In this document: one piece after another, positions 18,725 through 27,651 of the stretch
Position numbering within the stretch: position 1 is the first letter of the stretch
How the letters are laid out: the number at the start of each line of letters is the position of its first letter
DNA from: Candidatus Nomurabacteria bacterium
Lineage (GTDB): Bacteria > Patescibacteriota > Minisyncoccia > Phycocordibacterales > UBA1006
Reading direction: 5' to 3'
Assembly: GCA_020632195.1 (NCBI GenBank)
Contig: JACKGA010000002.1
Coordinates: 66,896 to 130,895 of the forward strand
Length of the DNA stretch: 64,000 bases
The notes under the pieces: model-generated
Told to the model about the DNA's origin: nothing
The model's database searches: none
The model's input: only the letters and a program-made list of their open reading frames with translations
Position numbers and translations under genes: made by a program

Positions 18725-18982
18725 TTAATTTTTCATATCGTCAATCATCTCTTGAAATGAGCTATAAGCTTTCCCATTCTGTAACGCATCCTGCACCTGC
18801 GCATCCCAGCGTCGCCTGAGGACTTCTTCGTTGTGGGTTGGAAGAAAAGGTAAACCTTTTTCAAAAACAACTTGCTTAAAAAACATCTTGATTGCAGTAG
18901 ACATGTCCAATCCCTGTTTTTCAAGGGTTTTTTGTGCTTTCTTTTTTAATTGTTCGTCAATACGAATAGTAACAGTGCTCAT
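18725..18982 (-). CDS. dinJ: type II antitoxin, RelB/DinJ family
   Basis: TVTIRIDEQLKKKAQKTLEKQGLDMSTAIKMFFKQVV is a ribbon-helix-helix DinJ-like N-terminus. It lies upstream of yafQ. Confidence 0.8.
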   Translation of the reverse strand: MSTVTIRIDEQLKKKAQKTLEKQGLDMSTAIKMFFKQVVFEKGLPFLPTHNEEVLRRRWDAQVQDALQNGKAYSSFQEMIDDMKN

Positions 18983-18990
18983 ATATTATG

Positions 18991-19018
18991 AGTATATACA
19001 TTGTTAGTACATTGTCAA
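18991..19018 (-). promoter_or_regulatory. promoter/operator of the dinJ-yafQ cassette
   Basis: Minus strand reads TTGACA, 16 nt, TATACT, 8 nt, ATG. An 8-nt direct repeat ACAATGTA occurs twice (13-nt period) across the spacer and is a candidate antitoxin operator. Confidence 0.6.
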
Positions 19019-19047
19019 TGCAATCAAATTATCGGAAAAGAAAGAAT

Positions 19048-19087
19048 AAATCTATCTCCCCTCCCTCCACTCATCAATCTTCTTGTG
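19048..19087 (-). repeat. trmD 3'-end copy A (the functional gene end)
   Basis: CAC AAG AAG ATT GAT GAG TGG AGG GAG GGG AGA TAG ATTT. This is the reference for copies B and C. Confidence 0.7.
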
Positions 19088-19717
19088 ATCGCCCGACATC
19101 AATACATCGGGTACATCGTAATTTTTTCCTTTCCATGTAAAACTCGCTGGACGTGTATACATTTCGTGCGAAGAGACACGCTCTTCTTCCAGTGATTCCT
19201 GATTCCCCAAAACACCTGGTACTTGTCGCGCGATAGAATCACACATCACCATCGCTGCCAATTCGCCACCGGTAAGCACATAATCCCCTATCGATACCAG
19301 TTCAGCTCCCGTGATTTGAGCAACACGCGCATCAATGCCTTCGTATCGTCCGCAAATAAAAATAATGTCAGTATAGTCGTGTGCAGTTTTCTTGGCATAC
19401 GAAGTCGTAAATTTTTCTCCACCGGGCGAAAGGAGGATGGTTTTAAACTTTGGTGACTTTTCCAACCCAACTTTCTGCATAAGGTTCTTGTGTGTAATAG
19501 ATTCCCACGCATCAACAATAGGCTGCACGGTCATCACCATGCCTGGACCACCGCCATAGGGCTCATCATCAACCTTGCGATGTTTGTCAGTTGTAAATTC
19601 CCGTGGGTCATATAGTGAAAAAGCAATCGCACTCGATTCTTGGGCACGTTTCATAATCGAATCAGCAAGATACGATTCGAACATGTTTGGGAAGATAGTA
19701 ATAATGTGGAAATGCAT
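19052..19717 (-). CDS. trmD: tRNA (guanine37-N1)-methyltransferase
   Basis: MHFHIITIFPNMFESYL, DDEPYGGGPGMVM and CGRYEGIDARV motifs. ATG 19717 is preferred over the track start 19762. Confidence 0.93.
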   Translation of the reverse strand: MHFHIITIFPNMFESYLADSIMKRAQESSAIAFSLYDPREFTTDKHRKVDDEPYGGGPGMVMTVQPIVDAWESITHKNLMQKVGLEKSPKFKTILLSPGGEKFTTSYAKKTAHDYTDIIFICGRYEGIDARVAQITGAELVSIGDYVLTGGELAAMVMCDSIARQVPGVLGNQESLEEERVSSHEMYTRPASFTWKGKNYDVPDVLMSGDHKKIDEWREGR

Positions 19718-19720
19718 AAA

Positions 19721-19748
19721 GGAAGTGTAAAGTGGAAAGTGAAAAGTA
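19721..19748 (-). promoter_or_regulatory. trmD 5' leader heptad array (TACTTTT CACTTTC CACTTTA CACTTCC)
   Basis: Read directly on the minus strand. The array ends 3 nt before the ATG. No Shine-Dalgarno sequence. Confidence 0.5.
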
Positions 19749-19844
19749 GCAACCCTTTCCACTGGTCCTTTGTCGCCAAGAATAACAAAACTCCACTATT
19801 ATGTGGAGTTTTGTTGAACTATCTTAAATGTAGCAAAGCGAAAA

Positions 19845-20195
19845 TTAAAATTCGTTTTTCAAATCAGCAATAGCATCATCCACATCTTCAGCAGAAGCTG
19901 CTTCTACCGTTGGGGCAGAAGAAGCCTGATCTTGACCATAGCGCATACCGCCTTCTGGTTCGTTGATCTTCATATTTACACGCTGTTGTTCTTTCATGCC
20001 TACGACGCGCAAAAGGGTGCGAATAGATTTCGCTGTTGCTCCCTGACGACCAATAACTTTCCCCATATCTTCTGGAGAAACATCAACCGTCATAAGGACA
20101 CCCATTTCGTCGACCGTACGAGTAACGTTTACGGCATCTGGATTATCTACCAGCGCCTTGAGGGTCATAGTAAGAAATTCTTGTGCTTGATCCAT
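19845..20195 (-). CDS. KH-domain RNA-binding protein (YlqC/UPF0109-like) with acidic C-terminal tail
   Basis: GKVIGRQGATAKSIRTLL GxxG loop. It sits between rpsP and trmD, as in the conserved operon. Confidence 0.85.
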   Translation of the reverse strand: MDQAQEFLTMTLKALVDNPDAVNVTRTVDEMGVLMTVDVSPEDMGKVIGRQGATAKSIRTLLRVVGMKEQQRVNMKINEPEGGMRYGQDQASSAPTVEAASAEDVDDAIADLKNEF

Positions 20196-20396
20196 AATAA
20201 ATAAAATAGATTATATCTGAATAATACGACAGTCCTGAGAGATCTGTACACCAACATTGTACGCGAAGCCGAGAATCAACGCAATCCCAACAACCCACCT
20301 TCGTCATGCAGACAGAACTCTGGTTGAAAAAATCATAAATGTTATCTCATAAAAAATGAAATCCCCATTTTCATGAGGATAGCATCGTAAGGTTTT

Positions 20397-20867
20397 TTAT
20401 ACGTCTTCTTCAGTCTTTTCTAATGCTGGAGCTTCTTCTGCTGGAGCTTCTTCTGCTGGAGCTTCTTCTGCTGGAGCTTCTTCTGCTGGAGCTTCAGAAG
20501 TTTGCTCTGCTTCTGCTTCGGAGGCAACCTCTTCGGCTGATGTTTCGGCAGGAGCAGTAGCTGGAGCTTCTTCTACTGGTTTTTCAGTAACGATAGGCGT
20601 TTTCTTTGGTAGAGCATTGATCTTATCAGCTTTCACAATTTCTTTATCTACCAAGAAATTATGCACCGTGTCTGATGCCTGTGCACCAACTCCCAACCAA
20701 TATGTAATGCGATCAGCATCAAGAGTAATATCGCCAGACTTGGCATTATAACTTCCAAGGATTTCTTTGAATCCACCTGATTTTGGTCCGCGACGACCAT
20801 CCGTCAATACCACACGGAATTGCGGGTCGTGACGTCGTCCAATGCGTTGTAGTCGAATCTTTAACAT
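20397..20867 (-). CDS. rpsP: 30S ribosomal protein S16 with A/P/E-rich C-terminal extension
   Basis: MLKIRLQRIGRRHDPQFRVVLTD S16 N-terminus. ATG 20867 is preferred. The tail contains (EAPAE)n. Confidence 0.93.
   Translation of the reverse strand: MLKIRLQRIGRRHDPQFRVVLTDGRRGPKSGGFKEILGSYNAKSGDITLDADRITYWLGVGAQASDTVHNFLVDKEIVKADKINALPKKTPIVTEKPVEEAPATAPAETSAEEVASEAEAEQTSEAPAEEAPAEEAPAEEAPAEEAPALEKTEEDV
20425..20495. repeat. 15-bp tandem repeat, about 4.5 copies (gctggagcttcttct)
   Basis: Read directly. It encodes the APAEE repeats of the S16 tail. Confidence 0.85.
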
Positions 20868-20877
20868 AACGCCCAGG

Positions 20878-20906
20878 ATAGTAACGAAATTGATGCGGAA
20901 AGTCAA
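20878..20906 (-). promoter_or_regulatory. rpsP promoter TTGACT-17-TACTAT, 10 nt before the ATG
   Basis: Minus strand reads TTGACTttccgcatcaatttcgtTACTATcctgggcgttATG. Confidence 0.55.
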
Positions 20907-20945
20907 CAAAAATTCATAAGGCTTTATAAATGTACATAATAAACG

Positions 20946-20951
20946 TATACT
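20946..20951 (+). promoter_or_regulatory. -10 box TATACT 6 nt upstream of the rnr ATG
   Basis: cgTATACTgtgtacATG. Confidence 0.45.
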
Positions 20952-20957
20952 GTGTAC

Positions 20958-22877
20958 ATGTCAAAATCTAAACCAACACAACAATTCGAAGGAACGTTTT
21001 ATTCAGGTCGCAATGGTATTGGCTTCGTCCGTGTCCCCGAGATGGAGCACGTGATTGAAATCCCAGCCCACGCGACTGGCGAAGCATTCCACCGCGACCG
21101 TGTACGTGTCGAGGCAACAAAACCAAAGAACTCAACAGGATACACAGGTCACGTCTTGGAGGTTACCCGCCCGTCTCTCAAACATCATATCGGAACCGTT
21201 CTCAAAAAAGGTGGTGAATGGTATGCGGTTCCCACGGATCGACACAACAGTCAAGTAGAAATTATTCTCCCTCGTCCTGATATGACTCTTCAGGAAGATG
21301 ATTTGGTACTTGTCGATATTACTCACTGGACCAAAGCAGGACCAGTAGGAAAGATACTCAAAATACTCGATAAGAAAGATGTGCATGAAAACTTCGCACT
21401 GGTGTACGGTTTCGAAAGTGATTTTCCAGAGGATGTACAAGCTGAAGCAGATGAGTTAGCTAAGCTTGATAGTTTTGATCCAAATGAACACGATCGTACC
21501 GACCTGCGATCAATAACGACATTTACTATTGACCCTGACGATGCTAAAGATTTCGATGATGCTCTATCGGTAGAATTCTTGGATGGAGGAATGGTACGTA
21601 TAGGTGTACATATTGCTGATGTTGCTCATTATGTTCGCCCTGGGACAGCGCTCGATGCAGAAGCATTAGAACGTGGGACATCAGTGTATCTGGTCGATCG
21701 AACTATCCCTATGCTACCAGAAATCTTATCAAATAATCTCTGCTCACTAAGACCCAATGAGGTCAAACGTGCCTTTTCGGTTTTAGTAACACTCAATGAA
21801 GAGTTCGAGATAACGGACCAATGGTTCGGACGCACCTGGATCGAATCTGATCGACGATTTTCATATGAAGAAGCCCAAGACGTCATCGAAGGGGCTTCAC
21901 AAGAATTAGTAAAAGAGATTCTCTACACCAATCGTCTTGCTCACCACCTGCGCGAAGAACGCTTTGCCAATGGCGCACTCGCTCTGGAAAAAGAAGAATT
22001 ACGTTTTGTGCTCGATGAAAATGGAAAGCCTCTGGAAGTACGTACCAAAGTCCGCAAAGATGCCCATAAAATGATCGAAGAGCTGATGTTGCTCGCGAAT
22101 CGCCTCGTCTCAAAATACATGTTCGAACAGCGCCCCAAGGATGCGCTCGTCTATCGTGTGCACGATCGTCCAGAACTCGAACGCGTCGTCGAGCTCAAAA
22201 ATTTCCTCAATGCCATGGACTACGATGCGCGCATTATCAATAATGTCATTCCTTCAAAATACTTGCGTACCATTGTCGAAGATATCGAAGACCCAGCCGT
22301 GCGTGATGCGGTATCACTATCTATTGCCCGCTCGATGGCAAAAGCTATTTATACGACACAGAATCGTGGACACTATGGACTTGGCTTTCAATTCTATACT
22401 CATTTTACTTCTCCTATTCGTCGATATCCTGATGTGATGGTACATCGAAGCCTCTGGGAAATCCTTCAGCATATTCCTCAATCAAAAAAAGAGTTTGAAA
22501 ATATGGAAAAACAAGCTATCGAAAGCTCAGCACGCGAGCGTGATGCAGCCGAGGCAGAGCGCCACTCTATTGCCCATACGCAAGCACTCTACATGGAAGA
22601 TAAAATTGGTGAGATTTTTGATGGTATGATTACCGGTGTAATGAAATCTGGTGTCTTTGTCGCAGAAAGGAGTACTCATACGGAGGGCATGGCACGTTAT
22701 CGTGATATCGAAGGAAAAGGATATTGGAATTTTGATGAAAAGAAAAACAAAGCCATCAATCGTGATACCCGCGAAGAATTGGCTATTGGCGACATGGTGC
22801 GTATTGAATTATTGAAAGTGGACGTCCCGAGTCGCATGATTGATTGGAAAATAACCGAATTACCACCCCAAGAATAG
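20958..22877 (+). CDS. rnr: ribonuclease R / RNase II family exoribonuclease
   Basis: RNB-domain motifs (TIDPDDAKDFDDALS, HYGLGFQFYTHFTSPIRRYPD) and a C-terminal S1-like segment. ATG 20958 is preferred over GTG 20952. Confidence 0.9.
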   Translation: MSKSKPTQQFEGTFYSGRNGIGFVRVPEMEHVIEIPAHATGEAFHRDRVRVEATKPKNSTGYTGHVLEVTRPSLKHHIGTVLKKGGEWYAVPTDRHNSQVEIILPRPDMTLQEDDLVLVDITHWTKAGPVGKILKILDKKDVHENFALVYGFESDFPEDVQAEADELAKLDSFDPNEHDRTDLRSITTFTIDPDDAKDFDDALSVEFLDGGMVRIGVHIADVAHYVRPGTALDAEALERGTSVYLVDRTIPMLPEILSNNLCSLRPNEVKRAFSVLVTLNEEFEITDQWFGRTWIESDRRFSYEEAQDVIEGASQELVKEILYTNRLAHHLREERFANGALALEKEELRFVLDENGKPLEVRTKVRKDAHKMIEELMLLANRLVSKYMFEQRPKDALVYRVHDRPELERVVELKNFLNAMDYDARIINNVIPSKYLRTIVEDIEDPAVRDAVSLSIARSMAKAIYTTQNRGHYGLGFQFYTHFTSPIRRYPDVMVHRSLWEILQHIPQSKKEFENMEKQAIESSARERDAAEAERHSIAHTQALYMEDKIGEIFDGMITGVMKSGVFVAERSTHTEGMARYRDIEGKGYWNFDEKKNKAINRDTREELAIGDMVRIELLKVDVPSRMIDWKITELPPQE

Positions 22878-22912
22878 ACACCTGCTGACTTCCCTGAGAA
22901 AAAAGCGTGTTG

Positions 22913-22918
22913 TATACT
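22913..22918 (+). promoter_or_regulatory. -10 box TATACT 6 nt upstream of the carboxypeptidase ATG
   Basis: gttgTATACTccacccATG. Confidence 0.45.
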
Positions 22919-22924
22919 CCACCC

Positions 22925-23770
22925 ATGTCAAAATCTATGGGCGTTGCTATTGTCATTATCTGGGGGGTACTTGCACTGGTGATTGGTGCAGGTGTTTTAC
23001 ATACGCTCTTTGCCTCTGAATCTGAAATCTCACAAGACACCTCTAAAAATACTGCTTCTCAAGCTCAGTCGCAAAATGAAAAGATACAGGAAGAATCTCT
23101 CAATCGATCAAACAAACAGGAAGAAAATCAAACAGAATCATCGACAGACGAACTATCTCTACCACTCTCTACGCTGGATCTCAAACGTGGCAATTGCCCA
23201 CGCCCCGAAACGCTCTCCTCCACACCGTATGGACTACGCGTCGATAAAGAAAATACCATTGGCGAATATGAGCCGAGTTTCCTCGTCGACATTACTCCCC
23301 ACCTCCCTACCAAGGATGGGCGCTTTATCTGTCTGGATCAGGCAGTGGCTTTGTATCTGGACGATCTCTTGCAAGCTGCAAAAAATGATGGACACACCAT
23401 CGTGATTACCTCAGGATATCGGTCGTATTGGACCCAGAGTATTTTACGTGAAAAATCAGAAGAAAATCACGGCGACCCAGAATACGACCGCGTCGCCAAA
23501 CCAGGACATTCCGAGCACCAGCTCGGTACGGCTATTGATATTGCTGGAGCAACCAATGGATATATTTCTGCGGGGGCCAACTTTGCTAATACTCCAGAAT
23601 ACCAATGGATGCTCGAACATGCTCATGAATATGGTTTTATTCTGAGTTATCCCGAAGGAAAACAAGACGAAACGGGATATATTTTCGAACCATGGCATTG
23701 GCGATTTGTGGGGGTTGAGAATGTAGATAAGTTTCAAAAAATAGAAAAAGAAATTGATGTGGTTGAGTAG
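22925..23770 (+). CDS. membrane-anchored D-alanyl-D-alanine carboxypeptidase (VanY/peptidase M15B-like)
   Basis: N-terminal TM helix. SGYRSYWTQ, GHSEHQLGTAIDI and EPWHWRFVG zinc-peptidase motifs. Confidence 0.85.
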   Translation: MSKSMGVAIVIIWGVLALVIGAGVLHTLFASESEISQDTSKNTASQAQSQNEKIQEESLNRSNKQEENQTESSTDELSLPLSTLDLKRGNCPRPETLSSTPYGLRVDKENTIGEYEPSFLVDITPHLPTKDGRFICLDQAVALYLDDLLQAAKNDGHTIVITSGYRSYWTQSILREKSEENHGDPEYDRVAKPGHSEHQLGTAIDIAGATNGYISAGANFANTPEYQWMLEHAHEYGFILSYPEGKQDETGYIFEPWHWRFVGVENVDKFQKIEKEIDVVE

Positions 23771-23808
23771 TAAACAAAAACCCAGATACTATCTGGGGTT
23801 TTTGTTTA
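23771..23808 (+). terminator. rho-independent terminator
   Basis: taaacaaaaacccagat-act-atctggggtttttgttta (one bulge), T-rich 3' arm. Confidence 0.75.
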
Positions 23809-23856
23809 CTGATTGACATCTAGATCTAAAGTTGTATTCTTAAAAAAAACTAAAAA

Positions 23857-24306
23857 ATGAAAATATTAAGACCAAATGAGCGATTCAAGATTAATGTTCC
23901 TGGGATACTAGATCCGGTAAACATACAAGAGTTTGAATTATTAGTAAAGCCTGGCAAACTTACTTATGGGGATATAATTAAGGACCTAGAGACGTTGTAT
24001 AAATTAGATCTAATTACTTTTCAATCAGATTTATTCCATGAGCTTATATATGAACAACACTCTTTTGTGAAAGAAAAATGTCAAAAGGGAGTTGAGTTGT
24101 ATCTTCTAACCAAAGGACTTTGGCTTGTAAATGGCGATCCTGACTTCGATTATATTGGCTTACAGCGAATATATACTTTAGGTGATAGTATAGGTGCCTC
24201 CCAGGGGCCAAATGAGAATTATCTACTTGAGCCGTGGCAACGAGATAAAGCGAAATATGAGGATAAGAAATACTGTTTCCTGACAAGAATTCAAAACTCC
24301 GTTTAA
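23857..24306 (+). CDS. hypothetical protein (AT-rich singleton)
   Basis: 149-aa ORF between two terminators. An upstream TTGACA-16-TATTCT promoter-like pair is present. No family recognised. Confidence 0.5.
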   Translation: MKILRPNERFKINVPGILDPVNIQEFELLVKPGKLTYGDIIKDLETLYKLDLITFQSDLFHELIYEQHSFVKEKCQKGVELYLLTKGLWLVNGDPDFDYIGLQRIYTLGDSIGASQGPNENYLLEPWQRDKAKYEDKKYCFLTRIQNSV

Positions 24307-24321
24307 AAATCTATCAAAGAA

Positions 24322-24355
24322 AGAGGCCCTACTACAGGACCTCTTTTCTTTTTGC
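24322..24355. terminator. bidirectional terminator between convergent genes
   Basis: agaggccc-tactaca-ggacctct hairpin (one mismatch) flanked by A-run and T-run. Confidence 0.6.
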
Positions 24356-24359
24356 CTAT

Positions 24360-26681
24360 TTATTTAGCATACACCAACGCATCATCAAACTTGACCGAAA
24401 GCAATTGCGATGAATCATCGCCGCCAAGCGTTACTCCATAGAGCACATGGGCGCGGGACATGGTCTCACGATTGTGAGTAACGACCATCAGCTGAGATAC
24501 TTTCGAAAGACTTTCAATCATATCGCCATATTTTTTACTATTCGCCTCGTCCAGTGCGGCATCGGTTTCATCGAGTACCAAAAATGGCGGCGGGTTTACC
24601 TGTGAAAGCGCGAAAAGAAGTGCGATAGATGTCAGAGATCGTTCCCCTCCCGACAACATAGCGAGATCTTGTACCTGTTTGCGTGGAAGTTTGACATTGA
24701 TATCAATACCGTATTCGGCAGGTTGATCGTCTTCGTTGTCCTCTCCTTCTGTGTCTTCACTTTCTTCTTCGGTCTTGCGACGGCGCTGTTTGATAGGTAC
24801 GAGCGAAAGCGATGCTTTCCCTCCACCAAACATAAGCGTAAAGAAACTATTGAACTCAGTATTGATCTTGCCAATACCGAGCTCAAACTCGGTATGAAGC
24901 TGTGCTTTGAGATCACGGATGACTTCATTGAGCGAAGCCACGGTATTTTCCATATCAGTAATTTCACGCTCGAGAAATTGGTCACGCTCCACAGTATCGT
25001 TGTATTCTTGCATCACATCATCACCCGATCCTCCACCAATTTCTTCGATTTTGATTTTAGTGCGTTCGATTTCTCGACGTGTCTGTTCGAGGGTATTTTC
25101 AATAGCGCCAAGGTCCAAATCAGCGAGATCACTGGTACTGAATGATGCATCCACGCGATCAACATCGGCTGCCAACAGTACTTTTGCTTCGTCATATTCT
25201 TCTTGCAGACGAGCAAGCTGGCGATCGATTTGCTCTTCACGCATTTTGTGAGTATTGGTTTGTGACTGTAGCTCATTGAAACGCTTGGTCAGGGCAAACA
25301 TGGCGTGCTCTTGGTCACGTGATGCTCCACGCTCGCGGGCAAGCTCACTTTCTAGTTCTTGTTGTTCTGTATGTAAGTGTTTTTCTTGCTGGAGGACACT
25401 ATTCAGTGCCTCAGAAAGTTCGTGATATTGTTGCTGAAGATCTGCTAATTCTTTTTCAAAGGCAGTCGTATCAGGTGCATCGGGTATAGGAGGGTCTTTT
25501 TCTTTATATTTATGTACGAGTCGAGAGAGCGTGTCGAGCGAAGCATCGATAGCTTTATGTACCAATGCGACATTATCGCTCCCGCGTGCCTGCGATAGCT
25601 TCTCCTTAACCAAAGCAAAAGTTGTTTCAATCTCATCGAGTCCTATCCGCACAATAGCCTTCACTCCAGGGATGGGTGGTTGAGCGAGACGCTTAAGGGT
25701 GCGCTCAGCTGACTCAATCATTCCTTCGATGCGTCCTATGTTGCGTGTGATTTCATTCTTCTCGACAACGAGTGCTGTAGCGCGCGATGTCAGAGCATCC
25801 CAGGCTTCTTCATTTGGACTTTTGGTTCCTGTTTCGAGGCGTGTTTCGTAAGCTTCGAGTTCATGCTTGAGCTCGAGCATTTCGGTTGATGATGCCTGCC
25901 TAGCTCGGGCACTTTCTGATTTTTGTGCTTCATAGAGCGCACGTGCATCAGCATAGTAGTGTGCAAATGATGTAGTCAATTCATCTCGCAATTGCTGGGC
26001 GCGTTCGATTTTATCTACCTGTCGTTTGAGAAAACGCAAATGCGGTGCGATTTCGCGGCGCAAGAGATTCGATTCTATGAGATTATCGGCAGTTTTTTCG
26101 AGTTTGCGTTCTGTTTCGCGGATACGATACTGGTACACTTTCAAGCCCAACGCATCTTCGAGCATTTCACGGCGCTCTTTGGTATTGGAATTAAGGAGTC
26201 GGTCTGCTTCCCCTTGAGAAATAATGTGGTGTCCTGATGATCCAATATTGACTGATGCAATCAATTCCATGATATCTTTCAAGCGCACTTCATCGCCATT
26301 GATCTGATAGCTATTTTTCCCATCACTATATACTTCACGAGTAATCGTAATTTCATCAAAATCAACAGGGATTTTAGCATCGCTTGCAGAAGAGAGCGAA
26401 AAAATACGATCAGTATTGTCAAAAGTAAGCGACACCGATGCACGATTCATCGAGCGTGTCGAACCAGAGCCAGAGCCTTTATAAATAAGATCTGTTCCTG
26501 CTGATCCGCGCAATGATTTCATAGACTGTTCACCCAGCACAAAACGAATAGACTCGACGACATTGGATTTCCCCGAACCGTTGGGTCCAACAATAGACGT
26601 AATAGGCGTATCAAAAACAAATTCGCTCGGGTGGGCGAATGATTTGAATCCATGGAGTTTCAATCGTTTGAGTTTCACCAT
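24360..26681 (-). CDS. smc: SMC-family ATPase, unusually short (773 aa), no recognisable hinge
   Basis: The N-terminus LKLHGFKSFA...GPNGSGKSN (Walker A), the C-terminal LSGGERSLTSIALLFA signature and LVLDETDAALD Walker B. The middle is heptad-rich coiled coil. Confidence 0.85.
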   Translation of the reverse strand: MVKLKRLKLHGFKSFAHPSEFVFDTPITSIVGPNGSGKSNVVESIRFVLGEQSMKSLRGSAGTDLIYKGSGSGSTRSMNRASVSLTFDNTDRIFSLSSASDAKIPVDFDEITITREVYSDGKNSYQINGDEVRLKDIMELIASVNIGSSGHHIISQGEADRLLNSNTKERREMLEDALGLKVYQYRIRETERKLEKTADNLIESNLLRREIAPHLRFLKRQVDKIERAQQLRDELTTSFAHYYADARALYEAQKSESARARQASSTEMLELKHELEAYETRLETGTKSPNEEAWDALTSRATALVVEKNEITRNIGRIEGMIESAERTLKRLAQPPIPGVKAIVRIGLDEIETTFALVKEKLSQARGSDNVALVHKAIDASLDTLSRLVHKYKEKDPPIPDAPDTTAFEKELADLQQQYHELSEALNSVLQQEKHLHTEQQELESELARERGASRDQEHAMFALTKRFNELQSQTNTHKMREEQIDRQLARLQEEYDEAKVLLAADVDRVDASFSTSDLADLDLGAIENTLEQTRREIERTKIKIEEIGGGSGDDVMQEYNDTVERDQFLEREITDMENTVASLNEVIRDLKAQLHTEFELGIGKINTEFNSFFTLMFGGGKASLSLVPIKQRRRKTEEESEDTEGEDNEDDQPAEYGIDINVKLPRKQVQDLAMLSGGERSLTSIALLFALSQVNPPPFLVLDETDAALDEANSKKYGDMIESLSKVSQLMVVTHNRETMSRAHVLYGVTLGGDDSSQLLSVKFDDALVYAK

Positions 26682-26762
26682 GATAGTATAGCATGAAAGA
26701 AAATGAGCGAAATAGAAAAAGGACTTTGCTAAGTCCTTTTTTGAGAAATCTTTTTGAAAAAA

Positions 26763-27509
26763 CTATTCCCCCACTTTCCATCCCATTTTCATCAGCGCAG
26801 CTTTTGCAGCCTTCTGTTGTGCTTCTTGTTTGCTGTGCCCAGTCCCTTCGGCAACAATATCATCATGAAAGACCACTCCAATAGTAAACAATTTATCATG
26901 ATCGGGACCAACTTCATTGACCACGACATAGGTCGGAGTAATCGAAAGTTTTTCTTGGGCTTTTTCCTGAAGCCATGATTTGGCATCTTTCCAACTTCCC
27001 TCGTGCACAATATCATCAATTTTGGCAAAGAGTTGGTCGCCGATAAATTTTTTGGCTCGATCATAGCCTTGATCGAGGTAGACGGCACCAATAAATGATT
27101 CGAAACTGTTAGCGAGAATATATGCACGCGCCTTTCCTGTGTCTTTTGCTTCGCCTTTTGACAAGAGTAAGTATTCTTCGAATCCAAGTGCTCGGGCAGC
27201 ATCGGAAATAGACTCAGTACGCACAAGTGATGCACGATATGCCGTGAGTTGCCCTTCCGGTGTGTCTGGATATTTAGCAAAAAGATAATCGGTAATGACG
27301 AGTTCCAGCACAGCATCGCCAAGAAATTCAAGGCGCTCATTGTGACGCAAGTCAGTACCAGGATGTTCATTGATATACGAACGGTGAGTAAAGGCACGCT
27401 TTAAAAGCGCTTTATCATTAAAGATAATTCCAAGCGATTGTTCGAGGAGTGTGAAATCTGTTTTTTCTGTACTCATAGAATGAGGAAGGTATCCAGGAAA
27501 ATGCATCAT
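26763..27509 (-). CDS. rnc: ribonuclease III
   Basis: NERLEFLGDAVLELVITDYLF signature and a C-terminal dsRBD. ATG 27509 is preceded by GAAGGAGG (a good SD) and is preferred over GTG 27524. Confidence 0.93.
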   Translation of the reverse strand: MMHFPGYLPHSMSTEKTDFTLLEQSLGIIFNDKALLKRAFTHRSYINEHPGTDLRHNERLEFLGDAVLELVITDYLFAKYPDTPEGQLTAYRASLVRTESISDAARALGFEEYLLLSKGEAKDTGKARAYILANSFESFIGAVYLDQGYDRAKKFIGDQLFAKIDDIVHEGSWKDAKSWLQEKAQEKLSITPTYVVVNEVGPDHDKLFTIGVVFHDDIVAEGTGHSKQEAQQKAAKAALMKMGWKVGE

Positions 27510-27651
27510 GCCTCCTTCGTGCACAAAGACACTAAAAGCAACGAGAGATAATGCAAATACCCGATACTATTAAACTAACAATGGCACACGTTCTGTCACA
27601 AAACATGTGAAACGCACACTAGCAAATTGAGCATAGGAGAGCAAGGGGAAA

